From: an uncultured Gemmatimonadaceae bacterium
Lineage (GTDB): Bacteria; Gemmatimonadota; Gemmatimonadetes; Gemmatimonadales; Gemmatimonadaceae
Reading direction: 5' to 3'
Length of the DNA stretch: 64,000 nucleotides
NCBI GenBank assembly: GCA_963781585.1
Contig: CAWAGQ010000003.1
Coordinates: 318,036 to 382,035 of the forward strand
Part shown: in pieces, positions 28,085 through 36,838 of the stretch
How the letters are laid out: each line of letters opens with the position of its first letter
Position numbering within the stretch: position 1 is the stretch's first letter
Program-made: the position numbers and the translations under genes
Notes under the pieces: generated by a model
Told to the model about the DNA's origin: nothing
The model's input: only the letters and a program-made list of their open reading frames with translations
Database searches by the model: none

Positions 28085-28543
28085 ATGAAATCAGCCACGC
28101 TGGAAACCTCCCAGGGCACCTTGGTCCTGGAACTCTTCGACGAGGACGCACCCAACACGGTCGCGAATTTCGAGAAGCTCGCCAACAGCGGCTTCTACGA
28201 CGGCACGCGCTTCCATCGCGTGATCGCCGACTTCGTCGTTCAGGGCGGTGATCCCTACTCCAAGGGCGGCGAACACGCCAAGGGGCCGGTGGGAACGGGT
28301 GGCCCCGGATACAAGATCAAGTGCGAAACGGCCGGGAACCCGCATCGGCACAAGGTCGGTGCACTCTCCATGGCCCACGCCGGCAAGGACACCGGCGGCA
28401 GCCAGTTCTTCCTCGCACTCAGCGAGCAGAACACGCGACACCTGGACGGTGTGCACACCGTGTTCGGGCAGGTCACCTCAGGGCTCGACGTACTGCCCAA
28501 AATCCGGCAGAATGATGTTCTCACGTCGGCACGCGTCAGCTGA
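28085..28543 (+). CDS. Cyclophilin-type peptidyl-prolyl isomerase
   Basis: [52 protein letters not shown]. Confidence 0.96.
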   Translation: MKSATLETSQGTLVLELFDEDAPNTVANFEKLANSGFYDGTRFHRVIADFVVQGGDPYSKGGEHAKGPVGTGGPGYKIKCETAGNPHRHKVGALSMAHAGKDTGGSQFFLALSEQNTRHLDGVHTVFGQVTSGLDVLPKIRQNDVLTSARVS

Positions 28544-28567
28544 CACTCACCTCTCTCCGGTTCTGAC

Positions 28568-28720
28568 ATGTCGGAACACCAGACGTCGGACAAGAAAGCG
28601 GCGTACATCGGCCTCGTGGTCACCGCCGTCCTGCTCGTTCTCATGAGCTTCACCATCGTTCAGCTGACCAACCACAAGTACGCGGGCCGCGAAGGGCAGC
28701 ACGCCGCAACCGCGAAGTAG
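28568..28720 (+). CDS. Small single-TM protein (50 aa)
   Basis: Below the ORF-track cutoff. Manual translation MSEHQTSDKKAAYIGLVVTAVLLVLMSFTIVQLTNHKYAGREGQHAATAK*; high GC3; fills the gap between two + genes. Confidence 0.7.
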   Translation: MSEHQTSDKKAAYIGLVVTAVLLVLMSFTIVQLTNHKYAGREGQHAATAK

Positions 28721-28760
28721 CGGCGAGCCCCGGAGGAGTCGCGACCAGTCTCCAACGGGC

Positions 28761-29318
28761 GTGCCCATCGGTGGCGGAGCGGAGCCTCCGCTGTTCGTGG
28801 ACCTCGACGGAACCCTCATCGCCGGGGACACGCTTCGCATTGCGCTGGCACAGATGGCGGTCCATCGACCCTGGCTCCTCCCGGCGGTCGGGCTGACGCT
28901 CCTGCGCGGACGGAGCGCCATGAAGGCCTTCGTGGCCGGCCATGTCCTCCCGGATCCGGGCTCGCTACGCTGGAGGCACGGGGTCCTCGCTTTCCTTGCT
29001 GAAGAGCGGGGAAAGGGGCGCACGATCGTCCTGGCGACTGCCTCCCACCGAAGAGTGGCGGACGCGGTTGCCTCCTATCTGGGTCTCTTCGACGACGTCA
29101 TCGCTACGGATCGCGGCCCAAACCTGAAGGCGCAGCGGAAGCTGGCGGCGATCCGTAAACGCATACATAACAATGACTTCGATTACGTCGGAGACAGCGC
29201 CGCTGACCTGTGCCTCTTTCGCGCGGCCCGCTTCGCCTACCTCGTGGCACCGTCTCCAGGGTTGCTGGTGCGTGCCCGTCGCGAGGCCCACGTGGAAAGG
29301 GTTTTCGGCGCGGACTGA
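28761..29318 (+). CDS. HAD-superfamily hydrolase resembling the N-domain of HAD-UbiA fusions
   Basis: PLFVDLDGTL, LATAS, NLK, FDYVGDSAADL. Confidence 0.88.
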   Translation: MPIGGGAEPPLFVDLDGTLIAGDTLRIALAQMAVHRPWLLPAVGLTLLRGRSAMKAFVAGHVLPDPGSLRWRHGVLAFLAEERGKGRTIVLATASHRRVADAVASYLGLFDDVIATDRGPNLKAQRKLAAIRKRIHNNDFDYVGDSAADLCLFRAARFAYLVAPSPGLLVRARREAHVERVFGAD

Positions 29319-29405
29319 TCGCACCGGCCCGACGTCAGTAGCTTAAGACCTCCATATGGGAAACGTGCCCGCGGGCGGGGAGCCCCCCGTTTTGGAGGTA
29401 CATGC

Positions 29406-30017
29406 ATGACGACGCCGTCTTCGCTCCCGGCGCGCGACGACGCCCTGGCGCTGGTGCACGAGTACACATCGAGCGACTCGCTGCGAAAGCACATGCTCGC
29501 CGTCGAGGGGGCGATGCGCGCATACGCGGAACGCTTCGGAGAGGATCCGGACCGCTGGGGCCTGGCCGGCCTCCTCCACGACTTCGACTACGAGCAGTGG
29601 CCTAACGAGGCGCACTCGCCGACGTCCGGACACCCGTCCGAGGGCGTACGCCTTCTCCGGGAGCGCGGCTTCCCCGACGACATTCTCGACGCCATCCTCG
29701 GCCACGCGGCCTACTGCGGGGTTCCCCGGGAGACCCGGATGGCCAGTGCGCTGTTCGCCGTGGACGAGTTGACCGGGCTCATCACCGCCACCGCGCTTGT
29801 CAAACCGTCGCGGAGCGTTAACGAAGTCGAGGCCCGATCTGTCAAAAAAAAGATGAAGGACAAGGCCTTCGCCCGCGGTGTCAGCCGTGAGGATATCGTC
29901 ACCGGCGCCGCGGAGCTCGGGGTCGATCTCGACGACCACATTCAGTTTGTCATCGACGCCATGCGCGCGCGTGCCGCGCTCTTAGGTCTTTCCGGCCCCC
30001 CGGCGCCAACACCCTAG
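29406..30017 (+). CDS. HD-domain (HDIG-type) phosphohydrolase
   Basis: LRKHMLAVE, GLLHDFDYE, AILGHA, AVDELTG, KDKAFARGVSRED. Confidence 0.92.
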   Translation: MTTPSSLPARDDALALVHEYTSSDSLRKHMLAVEGAMRAYAERFGEDPDRWGLAGLLHDFDYEQWPNEAHSPTSGHPSEGVRLLRERGFPDDILDAILGHAAYCGVPRETRMASALFAVDELTGLITATALVKPSRSVNEVEARSVKKKMKDKAFARGVSREDIVTGAAELGVDLDDHIQFVIDAMRARAALLGLSGPPAPTP

Positions 30018-30025
30018 CGGTCCAG

Positions 30026-30055
30026 GGTCAACGATTCTCCCGGAGAGCGCGTTGT
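30026..30055 (+). promoter_or_regulatory. Putative ECF sigma-dependent autoregulatory promoter
   Basis: GGTCAAC-N17-CGTTGT (the AAC...CGT pattern of ECF promoters), ending 25 bp upstream of the sigma start. Confidence 0.55.
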
Positions 30056-30079
30056 CAGGAGGAACTACGCAACCATACT

Positions 30080-30700
30080 GTGACGACTGCAGCCATCTCC
30101 CTGACGTCCATCGCGCCGGCGCCGGCGCCGGTTCGCTCCCGTACCATGTCGGCTGAGGTCTCGGTACGGGAGCACGAGCATGCCCTCGTTATCGCCGCCC
30201 AGCGTGGCGATACCGAGGCCTTTGCGTCGCTCGTGCGTGTCCACCAGCGACGGGCGTACGCGGTCGCCCGCGCGATCGTACTGACGCACGAGGACGCGGA
30301 GGATGCCGTGCAGGAAGGCTTCCTGCACGCCTACCGAGCCCTCGACCGGTTTCTCCCGGATCAGGCGTTCGGAGCCTGGCTGCATCGCATCGTCGCCAAC
30401 GCGGCGCTCGACATCACGCGACGGAAGAAGGTCCGCGATGCCGACGTCCTGGCCGAGACTATCGCGTCGCCATTCCGCGATCCCGCGGAGTCGGCGGAAC
30501 TGCGCCGACGCCTCCGCGACGCCCTGGCCAGCCTGGGCGAGCGCCAACGGGCGGTGATTGTGCTTCACGACATTGAAGGATTCAAACATGCGGAGATCGG
30601 ACGGATGCTCGGGATACCGGAAGGGACGGCCCGCTCGGATCTCCACCATGCACGAGCGCGACTGCGCGAGGAACTGGGTTCAGTCCGGAGTCATCTATGA
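30080..30700 (+). CDS. ECF RNA polymerase sigma factor
   Basis: DAEDAVQEGFL, FGAWLHRIVAN, region 4 EIGRMLGIPEGTARSDLHHAR. Start could be 30146. Confidence 0.95.
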   Translation: MTTAAISLTSIAPAPAPVRSRTMSAEVSVREHEHALVIAAQRGDTEAFASLVRVHQRRAYAVARAIVLTHEDAEDAVQEGFLHAYRALDRFLPDQAFGAWLHRIVANAALDITRRKKVRDADVLAETIASPFRDPAESAELRRRLRDALASLGERQRAVIVLHDIEGFKHAEIGRMLGIPEGTARSDLHHARARLREELGSVRSHL

Positions 30701-31077
30701 AAATCGTGCGCGAGGACGATCGCGAGCATCGCGACGACGAGTTGCACGCCGCGCTGCGCGCCGAATACACGGCGCCGGCCGGGGAGTCGTACTGGGCAGC
30801 GCTCGAGCGCCGGATCATGGCGCGCATCCAGAGCCAGGTCGCACGGGAGTGGTGGTCGTACTTCCCGGGATGGGTGCGCATCGGTCTCGCCGCGGCAGCC
30901 ATCGCGCTGTTCGTGGCCGGGTTCGCCGCCTGGCGCACGCGCGAAGCGCAGGAGCAGATGGCGTATCGCGAGCTGCTCGACACGCCCTCCGAGTTACCGA
31001 TTCTCACGGAGACCTTCCGCGACGGACCTAACGCGAGAACGCGAGAGGCGACGCTCCGGGGTCTCCTCTCGCGCTGA
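30697..31077 (+). CDS. Putative single-TM anti-sigma factor
   Basis: ATGA overlap with the sigma gene; YW..LE.RIM.RI cytoplasmic helix followed by one TM. Confidence 0.75.
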   Translation: MKIVREDDREHRDDELHAALRAEYTAPAGESYWAALERRIMARIQSQVAREWWSYFPGWVRIGLAAAAIALFVAGFAAWRTREAQEQMAYRELLDTPSELPILTETFRDGPNARTREATLRGLLSR

Positions 31078-31088
31078 GGCACGGAACC

Positions 31089-31466
31089 ATGCCACGGTCC
31101 AAGAACCTTGCCGTCATGTTCCTGCTCGGCGCCGTACTGGTCGGCGGGGCTCTGGGCTTCACCGCCGACCGGGTCATGATCCGCGACCAGATCTGCGCGG
31201 CCCGTACCAGCTCCCGCTCGATGCGCGAGATGTTCGCGGACCGGCTGATGCTGACCCAGCCGCAGCGGGCACGGGTCGACTCGATCCTCGACGAACGACG
31301 CCGTCTCGACCAGCTGGTCATGGCCACCGTTCGTGGGCAAATGGACTCGGTGAAGATGCGGGCCCGCGCCCAGATCGAGACAGTGCTCAACGAGACGCAG
31401 CGTGAGGAATTCCACAAGCTCCTCACGGAACTGAACGACACCTCCAGGACACGCGACAGAGACTGA
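31089..31466 (+). CDS. Spy/CpxP-like (LTxxQ) membrane-anchored periplasmic protein
   Basis: N-terminal TM; RLMLTQPQR and VLNETQREEF motifs. Confidence 0.75.
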   Translation: MPRSKNLAVMFLLGAVLVGGALGFTADRVMIRDQICAARTSSRSMREMFADRLMLTQPQRARVDSILDERRRLDQLVMATVRGQMDSVKMRARAQIETVLNETQREEFHKLLTELNDTSRTRDRD

Positions 31467-32765
31467 TGCGATATCTCCTTCTTCTTCTTGTCCCCGCCAT
31501 CGCGGCGGCGCAGACAGGAAGCGCGCCACAGGCGCGTCCAGTCACGCTGGCCGAGGCCGTGAAGCTGGCGCAACAGAATGCGCCGAGCGCGGTTCAGGCG
31601 CGGGGCGCCATCGACCAGAGCGAGGGACAGGTCCGCTCGACATGGGGTGACTTCATTCCCACGCTCAGCATCTCCACGGGCGCCAGCAAGCAGAACGGCC
31701 AGACGCTCAACACCCAGCAGCAGATCGTCAGCTACAGCTCACCGTGGAGCTACAGCCGCGGCCTCAGCGCGAACCTGACCCTCTTCGATGCGGGCAACCG
31801 GATGTACAATCTGAGCGCGGCCAGGGCGAACGTCGCCTCGGCGGAGGCCAACGAGCGGCGTACCAGGTACCAGGTGGCGCTGGACGTCTCCACGCAGTAC
31901 TTCAACGTCCTGGCCGCACGGGAGAATCTGGCCGCGGCACAGGCTGCGCTCGACCTGGCGCAGGAGCAGCTCAAGTCCGCCAACGCGCGCGTTGCCGCCG
32001 GTGCGGCAACCAAGTCCGACTCCCTGCGCTCGGTGGTCTCGGTCGGCAACGCACAGGTCAGTGTGCTGACCGCCGAGAACGATCTGCAGAACTCCAATGC
32101 CGCCCTCACCCGGCTGGTCGCGACTCCGTTCCTGGTCACCGCCATGCCCGCGGATTCGCTCCGGATGGATAGCTTCGCGGCGGATAGCGCCGCGTTGGCA
32201 CAATCGCTCGAAGACGGCGCCCACAGTGCGCTCGGCAGAGGCGTCCCTCAACGCGGCCCGGGCATCGCTCAAGTCCTCGCATACGCCGTACTTCCCCACG
32301 ATCAGCATGAATTATGGCATCAGCGGCAGCAACAGGTCGGACAGCTTCGACCCCTGGAACGGACTGTATCCGCACTCGAATACGCTACGGTTCAGCTTCA
32401 GCTATACGCTTTTCAACGGTTTCAACCGCGAGCAGACGGTCACGTCGGCTCGCGTCGCCGAGCACAACGCGGAAGCGTCGCTCCGGGATGCGAAGCTGGT
32501 CGCCCAGCAGCAGCTGATCCAGTACCTGGGCACGTTGCGTCTGGCACAGGAACGGATCCAGATCCAGGACGCTTCGGTGGCTGCAGCACAGGAAGACGTA
32601 CGCGTGCAGCAGCAGCGGTACGCGCTCGGTGCGACCACCTTGCTCGACCTCCTGACCTCGCAGTCGTCGCTCACCTCGGCGCGCTACTCGCTCATCCGGG
32701 CGCGGTACGACGCACGCGTCGCCAAGGCCAACATCGAATTGCTGATTGGCCGCGAAATTCAATAG
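31466..32765 (+). CDS. TolC-family outer membrane efflux protein, frameshifted near 32218
   Basis: First OEP repeat (VTLAEAVKLAQQNAP..LTLFDAG..YFNVLAA) in one frame. Second repeat (PTVRSAEASL..YTLFNGF..RYALGATTLLDLLTSQ) in another frame ending TAG 32765. Confidence 0.88.
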
Positions 32766-32797
32766 CGCGTCACGGACACCCATCACCGCCTCAACAC

Positions 32798-34612
32798 ATG
32801 TCTCTCCTGGATTCTCTCTCCGACGGCCGGCGTCTCATGGGACGCGCACCTACTGCGGTGCTGGTGAGCGTGCTGCTCGTCGCCGCCTGCGCCAAGAAGA
32901 AGGACAATCGGCTTCCGATCGAAACGGCCGCCGCCGCTCGCCGCACGATCGTCTCGGAGGCGACCGCTTCCGGCGCGGTCGAGCCGATCAACGTCGTCGA
33001 CGTGCGCTCGAAGTCGTCCGGCCAGATCATCGAGATGCCGGTCGAGACGGGCACCCTGGTCAAGCAGGGCGACCTGCTGGTGCAGCTCGACACGCGCGAC
33101 GTGGACAACCAGTACGAGCAGGCGCAGGCGGACCTGGCATCGGCGCAGGCCAAGCTCAACGTCTCGACGATGCAACTGAAGCGGAGCCGCGACCTGGCCG
33201 CCTCCCGCATCATCACCTCACAGGAACTCGAGACCGCCCAGCTGGACTCGACCAACTCCGCCTCGGCGCTCATTCGGGCGCAGACCAGTCTCGACCAGGC
33301 ATTGCAGCGGAAGCAGGACGCCACGGTGAAAGCCCCGGTTGCGGGTACGATCATTGCCAAGACCGTGTCGCTCGGTCAGGTCATCGCCTCAGCCACCAGT
33401 TCGGCCAGCGGCGGCACGTCCTTGCTGCAGATGGCGGATCTGGCGAAGGTGCGGGTGCGAGCCAACTTCAACGAGACCGATATCGCCAACGTGCATCCCG
33501 GCCAGGAGGCTACCGCAACATTTGACGCCTATCCGGACCGGCCCTTCCGCGGAACGGTCGAGAAGATCGAACCGCAGGCTGTGGTGCAGCAGAGCGTCAC
33601 GATGTTCCCGGTCCTGGTGACCCTCGACAACCTCGAAGGCTACCTGAAGCCGGGCATGAACGGCGAGGTGTCGGTACTCGTGGATACCAGGGAAGATGTC
33701 ATCACCGTGCCGAACGACGCGATCCGCACGACGCGCGAGGCCGCGACGACGGCCCGCTTGCTCGGCCTCGATCCCGACAGCGTGACGGCGTCGGTGCAGG
33801 AGCAGATGCGGTCGATGGGAGGTGGTTTTGGAGGCGGCGGTATGCGCGGCGGCCGAGGAGGCGACAGCGGGGCCAACGGCCGCCGCCAGGCGGTGTCGAA
33901 GGGCGACGTGATGCTCGACGATCCGCAGCAGGGACAGGGTCGTCAGGGTGGACGCCGCGGCGGTGCGAATCTGCCGCAGGTCACGGACCAGGATTGCGCC
34001 AAGGTGCACGATGCGTTCGCGAAGCATCCCGATGCCCAGGGTGCCCTCCAGGCCCTGCGCGGGCGTGGCGGTCAGGGCGCCGAGGTCGATCCCCAGGTCA
34101 TGCGTGCCAGGTCCGATTCCATCTACAAGGTCCTTGGTGTGGATGCCAACATCGCCCGCGCCTGCAACTTCCGCGATCGACAGCAGGCCGGCGGCCAGTC
34201 CCCCCAGGGGGGCGCCGGAGCCGTGCCGGGATCGGGTCAGACTGGACGTCGGGGTGGCGGAGCGTCGGCAACGCAGGGCGCGAGACAGGGCGGATCGGGA
34301 GCGCCGGTGCGTGCAGGCGAGTTTCCGATGCAGCGCGCGCGGACCCGGACGTCGCTCGTGTACGTGGCTGATTCCGCGCGGTTCGTCCCCCGCGTCATCC
34401 GCAGCGGGTTGAGCGATCTGGATTACACCGAGGTGGTTTCGGGACTGCAGGAGGGCGAGAAGGTGGTCCTGCTGGCCGCCGTGCAGCTTCAGGCACAGCG
34501 CGACTCGGCGAATGCCCGGGCGCGCAATATGCAGGGCCTGCCGGGCATGCAGAAGGGCGGCAACATTCCGGGCGGCGGTCCGGGTGGCGGCGGCCGGCGT
34601 GGTGGCGGGTAA
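32798..34612 (+). CDS. MacA-like periplasmic adaptor subunit with long Gly/Arg-rich insertion
   Basis: Lipobox LVAAC, ASGAVEP..VRSKSSG, VKQGDLL, APVAGTI, NETDI, LKPGMN, EVVSGLQEGEKVV. Confidence 0.92.
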   Translation: MSLLDSLSDGRRLMGRAPTAVLVSVLLVAACAKKKDNRLPIETAAAARRTIVSEATASGAVEPINVVDVRSKSSGQIIEMPVETGTLVKQGDLLVQLDTRDVDNQYEQAQADLASAQAKLNVSTMQLKRSRDLAASRIITSQELETAQLDSTNSASALIRAQTSLDQALQRKQDATVKAPVAGTIIAKTVSLGQVIASATSSASGGTSLLQMADLAKVRVRANFNETDIANVHPGQEATATFDAYPDRPFRGTVEKIEPQAVVQQSVTMFPVLVTLDNLEGYLKPGMNGEVSVLVDTREDVITVPNDAIRTTREAATTARLLGLDPDSVTASVQEQMRSMGGGFGGGGMRGGRGGDSGANGRRQAVSKGDVMLDDPQQGQGRQGGRRGGANLPQVTDQDCAKVHDAFAKHPDAQGALQALRGRGGQGAEVDPQVMRARSDSIYKVLGVDANIARACNFRDRQQAGGQSPQGGAGAVPGSGQTGRRGGGASATQGARQGGSGAPVRAGEFPMQRARTRTSLVYVADSARFVPRVIRSGLSDLDYTEVVSGLQEGEKVVLLAAVQLQAQRDSANARARNMQGLPGMQKGGNIPGGGPGGGGRRGGG

Positions 34613-34624
34613 GGAGCGAGATCC

Positions 34625-35845
34625 ATGTTATTCGGAGAGATTCTTGCCGTCGCGTTAGGCGCCCTGCGCGCCAACAAACTGCGCTCACTGCTCACGATGC
34701 TCGGCATCGTGATCGGGGTGGCCGCGGTCATCGCCATGATCGCGCTGGGCAACGGCGCCCAGAAGGCCGTGAACGACCGCATTGCCGCGCTGGGGACGAC
34801 CCTCCTCACGGTGATGCCCGGCCAGCAGATGAACAGAGGCATCGGGTCGGACGTGGACCGGGCGAAGCTCACGATGAGCGACGCCGACGCACTCGAGGAG
34901 CGAGGGACGCAGATCCAGGCGGTGCAACCCGAGATGTCGCGCAATCTCCAGGTTCAGTATCAGAACCGGAACACCAATACCTCCATCAAGGGCGTGACCG
35001 CCAACTACCCCGAAGTCCGGAACTTCCAGGTCCTGGCGGGGCGCATGTTTACTCCCGCCGAGAACGAAACGAAGCAGCGCGTGGCGGTGCTGGGACCGCA
35101 GACCCTCGAAGACCTGAGTATCCCCGATCCCGAAGCGGTCATCGGCGAAGCGATCCGGATTCGAGGAATCCAGTTTCGCGTGGTTGGCGTCCTCGCTCCC
35201 AAGGGACAGGGCGCCGGATTCGGGAACCCCGACGCGTATGTGCTGGTCCCCATCCAGACGGCACGGTATCGGATACTTGGCACCGATCGGCTCAACTCGA
35301 TCAGCGTTCTGGCGCCTGACGAGGACAAGGTTCCGCTGACCATGGCGGACATTCAGAAGATCCTGCGCCGCGAGCACAAGTTGCTCGGCGGCAAGGCGGA
35401 CAATTTTCAGATCCGCAATCAGTCCGACTTTCTGACCACGGTCGCCGAAACAACAGCCGTTTTCGGATTGCTGCTGGCAGGTATTGCGGCGGTCAGCCTG
35501 CTGGTCGGCGGCATCGGGATCATGAACATCATGCTCGTCTCCGTGACCGAACGGACGCGTGAGATCGGAGTCCGCAAAGCGCTCGGGGCCACGCGGTGGA
35601 ACATCCTCATGCAGTTCCTGATCGAAGCCATCGTGCTGTGCCTGATGGGTGGACTGGTCGGCGTTACCCTGGGCACCGGGACCGCGCAGTTCATGAGCGC
35701 GAAATTCAGCTGGAACACGCAGATCGCGCCGGAATCCATCGCGCTCGCGTTCGGATTCTCGGCCGCCGTTGGGTTGCTGTTCGGCGTGTGGCCCGCGAGG
35801 CGGGCGGCACGACTGGATCCAGTGGTCGCGCTGCGCTACGAGTAG
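34625..35845 (+). CDS. MacB/FtsX-type ABC transporter permease
   Basis: RSLLTMLGIVIGVAAVI, VGGIGIMNIMLVSVTERTREIGVRKALGA, PARRAARLDPVVALRYE; no nucleotide-binding domain. Confidence 0.95.
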   Translation: MLFGEILAVALGALRANKLRSLLTMLGIVIGVAAVIAMIALGNGAQKAVNDRIAALGTTLLTVMPGQQMNRGIGSDVDRAKLTMSDADALEERGTQIQAVQPEMSRNLQVQYQNRNTNTSIKGVTANYPEVRNFQVLAGRMFTPAENETKQRVAVLGPQTLEDLSIPDPEAVIGEAIRIRGIQFRVVGVLAPKGQGAGFGNPDAYVLVPIQTARYRILGTDRLNSISVLAPDEDKVPLTMADIQKILRREHKLLGGKADNFQIRNQSDFLTTVAETTAVFGLLLAGIAAVSLLVGGIGIMNIMLVSVTERTREIGVRKALGATRWNILMQFLIEAIVLCLMGGLVGVTLGTGTAQFMSAKFSWNTQIAPESIALAFGFSAAVGLLFGVWPARRAARLDPVVALRYE

Positions 35846-35872
35846 CGAGTACCCGGAGGTGCAGGAAACCCG

Positions 35873-35901
35873 AAACGGCGCGGGAGTCCCCGCGCCGTTT
35901 T
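35873..35901 (+). terminator. Intrinsic terminator of the efflux operon
   Basis: AAACGGCGCGGG-AGTC-CCCGCGCCGTTTT, perfect 12-bp stem. Confidence 0.85.
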
Positions 35902-35962
35902 CGCGTTCACCCAAGTCTCCTTCGCCGAGGTCCCCCGTCTGCCCCTCCGTGAGAGCTACCCC

Positions 35963-36011
35963 TTGACCATACGCTATATCGTACGATATATCTTTCACTC
36001 ACGATATATCT
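35963..36011 (+). promoter_or_regulatory. padR promoter with putative operator
   Basis: TTGACC at 35963; perfect palindrome TATATCGTACGATATA (35975-35990); ACGATATATCT repeated at 35983 and 36001. Confidence 0.75.
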
Positions 36012-36028
36012 AAACGGGGGATGGAACG

Positions 36029-36652
36029 ATGATGTTCGGGTTTTCTGATGCCGAGTGCCATGGCGCTGGCAGAGGAGGTTGGGGATGGGGCGATACGGCT
36101 CCATCCGGAGCCTGGTTCTGGTCGGGTCGGGGTCACCGACGCGGGGGGCGGTTCCGAGGGGGGCGCTTCTTTGAGCAGGGAGATCTCAAGTACGTGATCC
36201 TGCAGTTGCTGGCCGAGAAGCCAAGGCACGGCTATGAGATCATCAAGGAGCTCGAGGAGCGGTTTGGCGGGGCGTATGCTCCGAGTGCCGGTACTGTCTA
36301 CCCCACATTGTCTCTACTCGAGGACCTGGGGTACGCGAGCGTGAGCCTCGCGGAAGGCGGCAAGAAGGTCTATTCGATTACGGACGAGGGCCGGAAGTAC
36401 CTGGAGGAGAACAAGGGAGCGGTCGAGGACATCTTCGAACGGATTGCAGATATTGGCTCCAGCTTTCTGAGCGAGCCAATGATGGAGGTGAATCGCGCAT
36501 TTGGTCGCCTTGCGCGCGCCACCTATGCGACAGCACCGTGGCATATTCGCGACAAGCAGATCGCTGCAAGGCTCAAGGCAGTGCTGGATGAAGCTACGCG
36601 GCAGATCGACGAGCTCACTCGGGCAAAGGGAAAGGAGGGCACGGAGGTTTAG
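36029..36652 (+). CDS. PadR family transcriptional regulator (YqjI-like)
   Basis: GDLKYVILQLLAEKPRHGYEIIK..YAPSAGTVYPTL..KKVYSITDEG. Confidence 0.95.
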   Translation: MMFGFSDAECHGAGRGGWGWGDTAPSGAWFWSGRGHRRGGRFRGGRFFEQGDLKYVILQLLAEKPRHGYEIIKELEERFGGAYAPSAGTVYPTLSLLEDLGYASVSLAEGGKKVYSITDEGRKYLEENKGAVEDIFERIADIGSSFLSEPMMEVNRAFGRLARATYATAPWHIRDKQIAARLKAVLDEATRQIDELTRAKGKEGTEV

Positions 36653-36729
36653 GCGGCCGACGTCCGAACGCCGCTCGGGGGGGCCGGCAGTAACAGCTTT
36701 ACGACGGGAGAGTCGTCCATAGATTGACC

Positions 36730-36764
36730 GTGGGTCGCGGCTGCGAGTCGCGACCCGCTTTTTT
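36730..36764 (+). terminator. Intrinsic terminator between padR and kup
   Basis: GTGGGTCGCGGCT-GCG-AGTCGCGACCCGC followed by TTTTTT. Confidence 0.85.
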
Positions 36765-36838
36765 CGTTGCGCGGAGCGGGCTGCTCCTCGCACACCGGAG
36801 CGAACCCGACGGCTGCCTCGCGCGCCTCGTCAATAGAC

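Noticed and set aside
31466..34612. 1048-aa TolC-MacA fusion ORF
   Set aside because: Produced by a frameshift near 32218; the true TolC C-half is in another frame and the adaptor has its own start and lipobox.
36653..36838. c-di-AMP (ydaO) riboswitch upstream of kup
   Set aside because: The GCUGAAUC, GGAAC and GGGUGAAU motifs are absent.
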